A DNA stretch of 64,000 nucleotides from assembly GCF_963921235.1 (NCBI RefSeq), contig NC_086114.1, positions 53,196,001 to 53,260,000 of the forward strand, given 5' to 3'. The notes below the pieces were generated by a model that was not told the origin of the DNA, did not search any database, and was given only the letters and a program-made list of their open reading frames with translations. The number at the start of each line of letters is the position of its first letter. Position 1 is the first letter of the stretch. The translations under genes were made by a program, and so were the position numbers. Of this stretch, positions 24,471 to 37,334 are shown in pieces. The DNA is from Mobula hypostoma (taxonomy: Eukaryota).

Positions 24471-26782
24471 TGTCTCAGTGGGAGTGTTGGGGTCTTGAAC
24501 TTGGCTGCAGTCTGGGGTCTTGAGCTTGGCTGAAGGCTGGGGTCTTGGGCTTGGCTGAAGGCTGGGGTCTTGGGTCTTGAACTTGGCTGCAGGCTGGGGT
24601 CTTGGGTCTTGAACGTGGCTGCAGGCTGGGGTCTTGAGCTTGGCTGAAGGCTGGGGTCTTGGGTCTTGAGCTTGGCTGCAGGCTGGGGTCTTCGGTCTTG
24701 AGCTTGGCTTGGGATCCTCGAGGCTTGGGTTCTTGGAACTTGGTTTGGGACCCTCGAGGCTTGGGTTCTTGGAGCTTGGCTTGGGACCCTCAAGGCTTGG
24801 GTTCTTGGAGTTTGGCTTGGGTTCTTGGAGCTTGCCTAGGGACCCTCGAGTCTTGGGTTCTTGGAGCTTGGTTTGGGACCCTCGAGGCTTGGGTTCTTGG
24901 AGCTTGGCTTGGGACCCTCGAGGCTTGGGTTCTTGGAGCTTGGCTTGGGACCCTCCAGGCTTGGATTCTTGGAGCTTGGCTGCGGGATCGTCGGGACTAG
25001 GGTTCTTGGAGCTTGGCTGCGGGATCATTGGGGCTAGGGACCTTGGAGCTTGGCTGTGGGATTGTCGAGGCTTGGGTTCTTGGAAATCAGACACAGACTG
25101 GGAACCGAACATCAACATAGTGCTGAGACTTATCCTTCGACAAGCTGGGACTTATCTTTAACATGACACTAACATGAGACAGGACAGAGCATAGACATAG
25201 AGCAAGGACTTATCCAAAGACAAGCCGGGACTCAACTTCATCTTCATACCAAGCTGGGACAGGTCTCTCTGTCAGGTAACAGCTGAACAGCCGGACTTAC
25301 TCAACAGAGGCAAGGACAAGAGAAGACAGATACCCCCCGCAGGGCAATGGCAAAAACAGCCTGATTTACCCTACGGAGGCCAGGACAAGACAGATCCCCG
25401 CAGGGCAACGGCAAAACAGCCTGGCTTACCCCACAGAGGAGAGAACTGCCACGGTCTGGTCCGTGAAGTCCATATTCCAGTTCATGGACTGGTCCATCGA
25501 CCCTTGCTCCAGGTTTTCCTGTCCACCCTGTTTCTGTTCTTGTTTAGCTCTAATTGAGACAGCTGATGCTCGTTGGGGCTGGCTGCATAAATACCTTCAG
25601 AGACCCGGGTATGGCTGCTGAATTGTTCTTGTCCTTACTCCTTGTATCCCTTGCTCTGCCTTCTGTTTCCTTGCCTGAAGCCCTGCCTTGTCTTGCCGGT
25701 AACTCTCACCTTGCCTCAAGTTCTCGTCTCGCCTTGCTTTGCCAGAAGCCTTGCCTTGTCTTGCCAGTAACTCTCGCCTCGTCTCGCCTGAAGTCTTGTC
25801 CTGGAGCCACCCTGTCCCTTCCCTCCGCCCAGGTAAGCCAGGCCGTCTTGCCGTTACCTGGGGTTGGTTCTGTCCCTTCCTGTCCCTTGCGTCTGTCAGG
25901 TGGTGATCCACGCCCTGGCCAGGAGTACCGCGCCCTGGCCAGGAGATCCGCGCACTGCCCAGGTGTACAGGGCCCTGCCTAGGAGGAGCTTGCCAAGCCT
26001 CGCCTCAAGTCTCCTGCCTTCAGCCTCCAGCCTCGCATCGCCTCAAGTCTCCTGCCTCCTGCCTAGCCTCAAGCCCGAAGACTCCAGCCTCCTGCCTATT
26101 CTCAAGCCCGAAGGCTCCAGCCTCCTGCCTAGCTTCAAGCCCGAAGGCTCCAGCCTCCTGCCTAAGCCTCAAGCCAGAAGGCTCCAGCCTCCTGCCTAAC
26201 CTCAAGCCTGAAGACTCCAGCCTCCTGCCTAGCCTCTTGCCAAGCCAAGTCAAATCTCTAGCCTCAAGCCTCTTGCCAAGCCAAACCAAGTCTCTAGCCT
26301 CTAGCTTCTAGCCTGAAGACTCCAGCCTCGTCCTGCCTGCCTGCCAAGGCTCGTCCTTGCCTAGTTCTGGGGTCCAAGCCAGAGGCAAGACCCAGGTACT
26401 GGGTCCTTGTCCAGTCTCTGACTCAGAGTCCAAGCCCCGGCTCCTAGCTCTCTTGTTCAGTCCTGTTTCAGGTTCCTGGTTTTCCTGTCCATGCCCTTGC
26501 CATCGCCCTGTATCCTAGTCCTATCCCTAGTACTTCAGTGTCTGTGTCTTGCACTTAGGTCCGCTCCAGCCACCCCACCTTATGACAAGAACAAGAAGAG
26601 ACAAGCACCAAAGAACGACAGACAGTTCCATCTCTGCTCCGGGGAAGCTCCGAGTCTCAGTTCAGCTAGCAACCTCAGCTGGCCCAGGAAAAAGCCAAAT
26701 CCATACCACAAAGACTACTGCAACAAGTAGCAACAAGGCACCATGAAGCAAAGGTCCTCCAACCAGGCCTAAAGATCACAAA
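24471..26782 (-). mobile_element. Solo-LTR-like element B with 25/32/36-bp tandem repeats, interrupted by element A
   Basis: Starts tgtctca (tgtcaca in the inverted paralog ending at 43863); candidate 5-bp TSD tgttt (24466-24470, 26783-26787). Confidence 0.55.
25447..26587 (+). mobile_element. Solo-LTR-like element A nested in B
   Basis: TG(C/T)CA...TGACA termini; perfect 5-bp TSD agaac (25442-25446, 26588-26592). Confidence 0.75.
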
Positions 26783-29388
26783 TGTTTTCACTAACATTCC
26801 ATCAGCAGGTTTTCTCCAATGGGGACTGAATGCAGACTTTACACATTTATTCCTCATTCCTTGGTGAAGTGAACTTCTGTGCCTTCTTCCTGGTCATTCT
26901 CACCTCAGTCTCAATCCTTAATTCAATGGCCATTGCCTTGTGGAAAGTCCCTCCATCTGATAATAAACTTCGGGTGGTAGGACATTCTCTTACTCACTAA
27001 CAGTAAGGTGCTCCTTCCCTCCGCTAGCCTGCAGGTCACCATTGGGCAACTTATAACACCTGCTTAGCACCCCAACTCATCAGGGTCACATGAAGTCATG
27101 AGAGCTGGTGGTTGGTGATATGAGCAGCTGGTGCATAGCACAAGTCAAGCAGACAATCTCTGAAGTGTTTTGATAATGGCTAGGGTCACCCCTCTTGTAA
27201 AGACCACTGCCCAGAAGATGGCAAAGACAAACCATGTCGGAAGAAATATTAGCCAAGAACAACCATGATCAGGACCATGATCGCCCACGTCATATGACAC
27301 GACACATAATGAATGAATGAATGATCTTATGAGACCATAAATCATAGGGGAAGAATTAGGCCATTCGGCCAAATAAGTCTGTTCCTCGGTTCCACCATGG
27401 CTGGTTTATTATCCCCATTCTCCTGCCTTCGTCCCATAACCTTTGACACCTTTTCTAACCAAGAAGCTATCAACCTGTCGTGGTACATTACAGTAAAAAA
27501 AATTCCAGCTGCACAGCAACGAAGGCTATGTGCGCGGGAGCATTTCAGTTACTGCGCGGCCGCGCACCCGCGCAGCTTAGAGGAGACGGTGGAGGAGAGG
27601 CTTCTGAGTTCCTGACATCCCGAGAGCGATACCGTCTGGAGTTTAGCCATCTGGCGCTTAGCTCCTGGTAGGGTCAGCCATCGCGGTAAAATCAAGAGAG
27701 AGGTTCTGGACAAATAGTGATCCAACCAAGACCTCAACTGTAGAGCAGCGTGAGATGATGACACATCACAACGGCAGAGGAAGGCTACAGCAGTGAAGGC
27801 CCCCAGTATACTATGCCACTGTAAACGTGAGGACGCACCGATAGACAAGCCCTTTGGAGAATATCGTACTCTGCTCGAGTGACCGCAGTACCCCACATGA
27901 CCCACATCAGCAACCTCTGTAAGGTCAATAAGGTCACTCCTCAGCCTCCGTGGCTCCGGGGAAAACTGTCCCAGTCTAAACAGTCTCTCCGGGTAATATG
28001 CTCGTGGATCTTCTCTCATAGCCTTTCTAGCTTAACGAAGTCATTCCATGATGTGTAAATATATTTCCCGTCCCGATTTTCGCTGGATCTAAGTACACTA
28101 ACTCCCGTCCCAACAGCACAGTGGGAACACCTTCACCAGATGGACGTCTGCGGTTAAAGGAGGAGGCTCTCCCCCGACCCCTCTCAAAGGCAAACAGGAA
28201 ATGGGCAACGAAAGCTCATTTTGATTGACGACCTGTGTCTAATGTTGGAACCATTTCATTGGCTGCAGGTAGCTTTGGGTCGATTTGAGACTTCAAAGGT
28301 ATTAGATTTTAAACAGCACTTCGAAAGTTAAAATTGAAAACGGAGAGGGAAATAGGATTGCAAACACAAATCAATGAACCTATCAACCTCTCTTGTGCCG
28401 TATCATAGAACAATTGAAAAGTTAATATTATCAAGGACGTCACGTTTATTTTTAACCTATTTAACATTTTAAGGAAATGTTAAACACCTCAGATCTGGTA
28501 CGGAAACGATAGAGAGATATAATCGAACTATATAACTTTCACGGGGATCTGTGAGTTGTATCTAGCGTAAACTATGGTTAATCTGAACAACATCACCCCA
28601 CCCCGCCCCGCGTTTCCTTTCTCAGTTAATATAAATGGGACAGTTTCACGAGGATTTCACGCGAGTCACCGGGAAATTGAGAATGTAAATTATCTGGGCA
28701 ACTGCATCCTCGGTTGGTGTATAAAACAAATAAAATATGGCATCGTGGAGGCTTTTTAAGTGATATTAAGGATTCACTTGCCCACACAGACGCATTTTGA
28801 AATAATGTGCAGAGGTCAGCGTGATCGGAAGGTATGGATAGTGAGTGCTGTATCGGAACTACTGACACAAACAGTTCTGTTCTCGATGAAAAATGGACGT
28901 AATTGTGTATAATTTACTCCCAGGGCAGCGCTTCTGGCACGATGCCGCGCTATATTTAGACGTGGTAGAGAGATAGAGGGTCTCAAACGCAAGGTGATTC
29001 TGGATTACTTTCTTCTGCCCTGAGCTCTCTGCTGGAGGGGCGAATGGGTCTCTGAGCTGGCGTGAAGGCAGACGTTGCCGGCTCTTGCTCCATCCCGCAC
29101 CGGCACAAACGCATCTTCTCCGAGAGTGGGCGATCGCAGATAACCGAGTTGAGAATTTGAAAGTAAATAAAACGAAGAGGAGTCTCTAGTCTAACTGGCG
29201 CCTCGAGGCTCACATTTTCACCTAGGGATCACTAGACTCCCCTCCTGCCTCATTAGCCCGACCATCTCTCGCTACACATTTCACTTGTTCCCTCCCTGAT
29301 GTCCCAACACGGACCAGAGCTGGTCCTCAGTGCATTAGTCATCCGTGCTGAGGATTCGATTGGGCGCCGCCCATCGTCCCCGGGAAAG

Positions 29389-29396
29389 TATAAAAA
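29389..29396 (+). promoter_or_regulatory. TATA box of NMB copy 2
   Basis: TATAAAAA 114 nt upstream of ATG 29503. Confidence 0.75.
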
Positions 29397-29502
29397 GAAC
29401 AGAGCAATGAAGCAGCGAGACAGAACCCGGGAAACCACGAGACGCTTTGCCCACAGGGAGAGAAAAGGAAAGGGAACGAGAGAGACAGAGTGTGAGGCAA
29501 GA

Positions 29503-29665
29503 ATGACAGCTCTCTGCAGCCGCGAGATGGGTTACCTCGGCTTCCTCGCTTACCTGGTTGTGTTTTCGTACTTGTCCGTGTCCTCCGCGGTCAGTCTAGA
29601 TCTTACAGAAGCCAACAATGTTTCGAAGATTAAATTCAATCCCAGAGGAAATCTGTGGGCCACAG
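29503..29665 (+). CDS. NMB: Neuromedin B precursor copy 2, exon 1; CDS join(29503..29665,31338..31525,37275..37334), 136 aa
   Basis: As copy 1 except KIKFNPR; donor AG|GTAAGG. Confidence 0.95.
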
Positions 29666-31337
29666 GTAAGGGGACGGCATGTCCAGTGCAGTGAGTGTGG
29701 GTCTCGGGGAAGCGGTCTTATCTCCGGTTGGGCTCACATTTACATTCGGAGGAAGGGTTGGGTGATGTTTAGGAGCAATGCTCAAGATGCTGGAGGAACT
29801 CAGCGGGTCGGGCAGCATCTATGGCGACAAATCGACAGTGAACGTTTGAGGTCGAGACGCTTTGATGAATGTTGTGTCATGCACCTTGTGTGTTGCTCCA
29901 AATTCCAGCATCCGCGGTCTTTTGGGTCTCCAAACTTTCGATGGAATCGGGAATAGAGACTCGGAATCAGTACCTATCCAAACTGGGGAAGGGGAAGGTA
30001 GATCATTTAAAATTAACCATGTTTGTACGTTATCAGTTTGAGCTTCTTAAAGTGCCATAGAGTCACAGAGCACAACAGCAAAGGAGCAGACCCTTCGGCC
30101 CATCTAGTCCATGCCAATCTGTTATTCTGCCTAGTTCCATTGACCCGAGCTGGAGCATGGCCCTCCATCCCCTCCCATCCATCTACTTATCCAAACTTTT
30201 CGTAAATCGTGATTTAAAACCGTAAGAGATTAAGACACTGGGGCAGAATTAGGCCATTTCTCCTATCGAGTCTTCTCCGCCATCCGATGGTATCTGATTT
30301 ATTATTCCTCTCAACTCCATTCCCGTATCCTTCGACGCTCTTACTAATGAAGAACTTTTCAATCTATGCTTTAAGTATACCAGGTGATAAATATTGAGTT
30401 AAATATACCAGTAGTTAAACATTTTATCCGTGAAATAATACAAGAATAGTTTTTAATTTTACTACCAATGCTACTTCGCACAGCTAAGGGAATGGCCTGG
30501 TCCCGCCCTCGTTCTCTGGAATTGTACCATCTCTTCTCTTCATTCCTCTACCTGTTATCCGTTTCCACAGCCCAGGTGAGTGTAAGGAGTCTGTGTACGA
30601 ATGTTGCTGGCCAGTAGATGGCAGTGTAGTCGATATGAGGAGAGGAAGCAGTCAAACCTGTGGTACCTCATCCTCCAAACCTGTAAATGGGCCGCATGTG
30701 GTGAACAAGGTTCCGCCAGGGAAACTGACCTCTCACCACGGAGGTGCAGCGGAAAGAGCAATTGCCTCGCACCTCCAGAGATCCGGGTCCGATCCTGACC
30801 TCCGGTGCTCTCTGGGTGGAGTTCGCACGTTCGCCTTGTGATCGCGTGGAATTCCTTGGGTTAACTGAAGGCTGCAATGTGATTCAAGTGTGTAAACGGC
30901 AAATGAACTATGCAAATACAAAAACAGAAAAAATAATAATAAATAAATAATAGATATCGAGAACATATTATTCCCCCCGGCCCAAGAGCCTTATGGTTGA
31001 GGGTAATAACTTTTCCTGAACCTGGTGTTGTTGGACCTGAGGCTCATGTACCTGCTTCTTGATGGGAGCGGCGACAAGAGACATTGGCCTGGGTGGTGGG
31101 GGTCCTCGATGATGGACGCTGCGACGGCGTCCTTTGTAAATGCAATGTCGGAGAACGCAGGGTTAAGGTACGACTAGCATAAAGATGGGAGTTGATGACG
31201 GGCCGAAGGGCTTGTTTCAGTCTCTGTGACTCTACTGGGTGGCTGCTTTGAGACGATGCATTTGACAACGCACCAGATGTACGAGGGCGCACAGCCCAGA
31301 TGACTCCGCTGTGACGATCTCTATTGTTGGGTCGCAG

Positions 31338-31525
31338 GACACTTTATGGGAAAGAAGAGCCTGTCAGATTATCCAGATGGATATGACGATACTCCGGCGC
31401 TACTCCCTCTCACCTCTCCCGAAGACACTAAGACTATCGGGAGCCTACTGAGCCGGAGGATGCTGGAAATCGCCCTGGCCCAAGAAGCAAAGGGGAAGCG
31501 AGTGAGATACGGCTCCGGAGCCCAG
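31338..31525 (+). CDS. NMB: Neuromedin B copy 2, exon 2
   Basis: tcgcag|GACACTTTATGGGAAAGAAG...CAG|GTAACG; one synonymous change versus copy 1. Confidence 0.95.
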
Positions 31526-33260
31526 GTAACGCCGCGAGTGCAAATATATTTCAGGATACAGCGGACAGTGCGGACGAAGGTGATGGTATGAACGGTGCCA
31601 GTCCACCCGCACGTTCTCCTGTATTCAATATATTTTCCCGATCGATGTGTACATGTTGGGTACTTCCTTTAGGAGAGCCAATAGACGCGAGACAGCTCCC
31701 CCGAGTCCGCAATAACCATCAAACATACATCTTCCTCCCATTTGATTCTCAATCATTTTATTCCCACCAGCTCCCCCAGATTGTACCGCTCACCAACTCG
31801 TTAGGGACAATTTAAATCGCACAATTAACATCATCCCGCGTGTCTGAGAGACGTGGGAGGAAACTGCAGCACAGGCGGGAAGTCCGTACCGCACTTTCTC
31901 TGTAACTGTTACACTTCATTCTACTTCGTTTTTGTATTACCTTGTTCTACCTCAATGAACCGTGTGCTGATTTGATCTGTATGAACAGTATGCAAGACAA
32001 GCTTTTCACTGTAACTCGGTACATGTGACAATAATAAGCCAATACAAATAACAATAACCCACCTGATCAGACGGAAACGTACAAAACCTACACTTTCAGC
32101 GCCCGAGGTCAGGATCGAACCTGCGTCTGTGGAGTCTGCCAGCTCTCAGACGGTCAGTCAGCGTTACCGGGCAACTGCCTTCAAACATTCTTCAGACACC
32201 CCCCGGGGATCTCCGCCTGCCGACCCACTCTGGCTCCTTCAGAGGTACGCGGCGATTGGCATCTGCCCGATTCTGATTCTGTACCATGTGTTAGAAATAT
32301 CCATTAAATAAACCACATATATTTCCTGTCTGAGGCTGGTCTGTTTCAGCCACTTGAGGTCAAAGTAGGTGTCCAAAGTCTGGTTAATTGTTCAGGTTCA
32401 AGTTCATGTCCAGTACATCTCCCCTACTGGTACACAGGCTGCTGACGGCAGCCCACCAGAGTACACTATCCTGGCCAGTCCCTCAAGCTGTCCCCATGTG
32501 TAGCCCATCTTCCAAGACCCTTCCTCTTCCCTGAATGGTGTCTTTGGTGCTTCTGTTCGTTTTTTCAGTAGCTATGGGTTTTTTTATGGATGGAGTTACT
32601 GGCCACATGCTCAATCCTCCTCCTTTGGCGTGATACACGTATGCACAGGTGCAATGAGAAACTTAGTCAATCCGTGTCACAGGCACAAAAGAAAGTTGAA
32701 CGATAGGTGAAGTGCATTTTAAATTGGGGTCAAACAGAACACTACATCACAGTACAAGCCCTTTGGCCAACCTTTTAACCTACTCCAAGATCAATCTAAC
32801 CCTTCCCTCCTACATAACCCTCCACTTTTCTGTTATCCACATGCCTTTCTAAGAATGTCTTAAATGCCCTCGTGTATCTGTCTTTACCACCGCCCCTGGC
32901 AGGGCATTCCACGCACTCACCACTGTCTGTGTAAAGAATTTATCTCTGACATCCCGGCTATGCCTCACTCTAATCACCTTAAAATGACACCCCATCGTAT
33001 TAGCCATGTCTGCGTTGGGAAAAGTTTCTGTCTATCCACTTTATTTCTGCCTCTTCTCATCTTTCACACCTCTGTCAAGTCAGTTCTCATTCTCCTTTGC
33101 TCCAAACAGAAAATCCCTCACTCACACAGCCTATCTTCAAAAACCATGCTCTCCAATCCAGACAGCATCCTTTAAAAGTTTTGGATATATTGCATTAAAA
33201 TAACTATTTTATGTGAGAAATGTAAGGTGTGCAATGCAACAGGTCTATTGTATGTTCAGG

Positions 33261-36200
33261 TCCAACTGATGCACCTTATCAGTAGCATTTTTCAAAACAC
33301 TGGAATTCTGACATCTTGGTGAAACTAGATTCAGTGGGTAAACATGTTTTTCCACCCCATTATTAGATTCCACGACTCCATTATATTCCATATCAATTCT
33401 CCCAGCTGCAATTGTGTAAAAACAAGTGTTTTATCTTAATTCGACCATTCTGTAAACTTCCCTTTGCAAGGACACAAATCTTAAGTCCCTTCCAGAGTTT
33501 CAAAACATAATTAAGTACACTGACACGTTTCCAAATCAGACCATAGTTCTCTGAATAGGGTCAAAAGTCCTTTTGGCCTGTAACTGAACATAGGTTCCAA
33601 CAAACTACCCTCCAATGCCTTCTGAATCGAATCCACAACAATAAATAAGAGGAGGGGAACCCCCTCATCCCAATTTTTCCCATTTTTCACTCAATATGCT
33701 TTAATCATGGTCTTAAGAGTTGAGTTGAACTGTTCCAAGCTTCCCTTGGACTCCGTGTGATATGCAGATGTGTGATATGCAATGTGCCTAGCTTCTAATT
33801 CTCTAACTATCCCCTGGAATGTTCTCGAAGTAAAGTTACTGCCCTGGTCAAACTGAATTTCTTCGGGCAGATCTACCAGTGTGAAAAACTTACTGAATAA
33901 CTTCACCCCAGTCTTTGCCTGGATGTTTCTGAGAGGAACAGCTTCAGGAAACCTAGACACAGCACACACAATTGTTAACACATACTGACAACCAGCTGCA
34001 GTCTTTGGCAATGGGCCTACACAATGTACTATGACCCAAGAAAGAGTTTCACCAAAAGCAGGTATCGGTTTAAGTGGTGTTACTTGAATAATCTGATTAG
34101 ATTTCCCCTCAACTTGACAGGTATGGCATGTCCTGTTAAAATTCACAACATCATTCCTTAAACTAGGCCAGTAAAATTCCTTCATAATCCTGTTCACTGT
34201 CTTCCTCGAGATCCACTTTACGGCATACTGTGAGCCATGTTTAAAATTTCAGCCCTGTAAACTTTCTGAACCATCACGTGACTTGCAGGCACAGTGGCTG
34301 GTCTCCACTTCCTCATTAACATCCCATCTTTAATGTAATGTCCCATTGACTCTCTCTGAACCTCCTCTCCTGTGAGAGCTATCATTTCAGAATCACGCTT
34401 TTGTTCCTCTATAAATTCCTTCCTCAATAAGGACTAACCTTTCCTTTCCTCCTTGCTCTCCTCAGCTTTACTACCCTCAAAGTCTTGCTGAAATCTGGAA
34501 GGTAGAAAAGCCTGTGTCACATCATCATAATTTAAACCTCTGGTCTTGCTGTCATAGGCCTCAACAGGCTGCTTAAACATACCTTGATTATCTGCGCATG
34601 TGAAATAAACATCTGTCTTTCTGTGTGGTTCCCTAGCAACAGCTTTGCTCACCAGTTGAACAGCTATATCAACCTTATCTTGGAGAGGTGTCAACATTCC
34701 TCCATTGTTTACTAAACTTAGCACCATCACCAGGCTTATAAGAATCATGTATACATTATGGAAGAGACCAAACAACCCCTCCATCTGATTACGACCTTCA
34801 CTTCGACTTGCTTCCATAACATCACACCAAATACAATGATGATGACCTTGCAGGTGTCCAAATGTCCAAACAAAATTCAACAGAGTAGCACAACTTTCCT
34901 CAGCAGCCTTTTGTCCTGGAAGCAGGGTCAAAGGTCATGTAACTAATCCAACCTTAACCAGCACTTTATCCAAAAGTCCAGGATCAGCACTTTTCCCATT
35001 ACTTTCAGTAAAATTTACCCCATCAATTTTCACCTCATCACTAACTTTTAAAACACTGTGTAATACACGTGACTGAGAATCCTCACATTCCACTGGTACC
35101 AAGGTTAACCCCTTATTCACTGAACCAAGATCATCTGACACAAAAAAACTGCATTCCTTTTCAACCAAGTCAGACACCTCAGACTTTAACTGAGCTTCAC
35201 ACAAGGTTCAAAACTCTGTGAATTCACAGGTACTTCAACAACCTGAACACAGGCAATCGGGACAGCTGCCTCTTCTGGGCTGTCATCACTTGTCCCAGTT
35301 TCAAATTCAAGGACACCCCAAACCTCCCAGCTATTCTCTGGCAAACTCTCATCTGGAGTAAACTCAAGCTCGTGGGTCAAAATCTCTTTGTCTGCTTTCT
35401 TAGCAGACCCCCACAAGATAGCGGCATCCTCTGCACCTAGGTATGCCCTTATATCATCAGGAACACAACTTTTAAATTCATCACACAAAACAAGCCCTTC
35501 CGAGCTGTAAAAATCATCAGGGTCCGACATTCAACCTCTCAGCTGCCACATCTCCCTTATCAACTGTCTCTGTCTTTGTGCCTCTTCTCTCTGTTTTTCT
35601 GCCTCTTCGGCCTCAAGCCATTTCAGTTGCAACTCATGCTGTCTTTTCCTATCCTCAGTCTCCAGCCTGTATTTCTCCAGCTGAAGCTGAATCTCAGCCT
35701 CAGTAAGGTTACCTTCTGCGAACATTTTCAATACATCCTCAGTAAATTGTTTCGTCAAAACAGAATATTCAACTATCTTCTTTTGAGTTTCTATCTTAGT
35801 CATACCCTTCTTTACCATTGTAAACTTTAATTCCTTGACAATGTCACACAACTCATACTTTCTAGCTTTCGTCAAGGACATAGGGTTTGGTGATCCCAGA
35901 AATCCTGCAACATCAATTTCTGCTGTTTTTCCACACAACCAAATCTAAAGGGTACTTTCCCCCAATCAATTCAAACAAGCCTCCTGACCAATTTGTTCAT
36001 ATCCCAGACAAGCCCCCAATTTTGTCACATACCCCGTGACGGGAATAAAGAACCAGCAGAAATAGAATACACTTTGGAGTCCAGGATTGCTATTAACTAA
36101 TAATATTTATTAGTAACTACGCAATACTGTAATATAAATGTAAATACATCAAACAGGTTAGCAATGATTATATCAAAGTAAGTGTGGAATGTCTATGAAA

Positions 36201-36992
36201 ATCAAGCTTCTTCAAGTCTAGGGGTAAAAAGATACAGTCTTACAATGATGAGTAAAGTTCAGTTCAGTTCGTGGTATTGAATTGAGTAGTGATGGAGAGA
36301 GACAGAGAGGGAGAGAGAGGTTTGAGTCTTCAGGTGAGCTGACCCCGCCGAACTTCTTGCTGTCCTCCGAAATCCTTTGAAAGTCACCGACTGTGACGTG
36401 AACAATGGGGACCGGTTTCCTGTGGTAGAGCTATCACCCAGGCAAGGGTGGATACATGGACAACTCCCCACCGGTCACTGCCTTTTCTTTTCACTGCAAG
36501 AGCCACTGATCGTTCTGCCTGATTGATCCTCCAAAAACCTACTTTTTCTGCGGGCACAACAAAGCTCATTCAGTGTCCGAGGTCTATATCATCTGATCTT
36601 CTATTTTATCTTCCCGTGCTGAGCACCAACTGTCTCTCAAATAACTGCTCCTTCCTTTCTCTGTGTAAGAAATCCAAGAAGACAAATGTAGTTGAGAAGT
36701 ATCAACACGCTGCTGAAAAATCATAACATCGATTGTCCATTAAATAATGATGCCTTCGTTTACCATCGCAAATTACGAGCTGCTCGGAGCCATCTCTAAC
36801 TCAGCAGAAATCCAAAAGTTAGCCAGTTCTTTCTCGTGCCTTAAAGTGACAGTCCAACAGTTAGTCTTCGTCTCTCTCTCTCTTTTCAAACGACATGTCG
36901 GTGTTAAATAACTCTCTCTCTCTCTTTTCAAAAGCACAATTCATAGGGGTAATCCAGCACAGTTCATAGGGGTAATTTAGGACCCCGTCACA
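33261..36992 (-). mobile_element. Paralogous truncated Gmr1-like Gypsy element in NMB copy 2 intron 2
   Basis: LTR 36023-36992 (minus strand TGTGAC...TGACA), PBS 36001-36018, integrase ORF 33691-34197; same junctions as copy 1. Confidence 0.9.
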
Positions 36993-37274
36993 CTCCAAAC
37001 AGAAAATCCCTCACTCATTCAACCGATCTTCAAAAGACATGCTCTCCAATTCAGGCAGCATCCTTTAAAAGTTTTGGATATATTGCATTGAAATAACTAT
37101 TTTATGTGAGAAATGTAAAGTGTGCAATGCAACAGGTCTATTGTATATTTGGAGAATATTGTATGCCACTTGTATAAAACACTGAGGGCAATTACACTGC
37201 ACATTGCCCACACCCGCAGTGGGTGCACCATGTCTGTATGTAGAATGACACGTTCACTCCATTTTTCATTCCAG

Positions 37275-37334
37275 GAAACAGGACTAATAACGAAGATTAT
37301 CGAGAGGTATGGCAGAAGTACAAAGAAAAGATGA
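37275..37334 (+). CDS. NMB: Neuromedin B copy 2, exon 3
   Basis: ttccag|GAA..ETGLITKIIERYGRSTKKR*; AATAAA at 37556. Confidence 0.85.
   Translation, partial: ETGLITKIIERYGRSTKKR

Noticed and set aside
24423-25161. Long repetitive ORFs (231 aa and 150 aa; also 318-638 and 25554-26289)
   Set aside because: By-products of 33/36-bp minisatellites in LTR-like elements; open in several frames and strands, and not preserved among paralogs.
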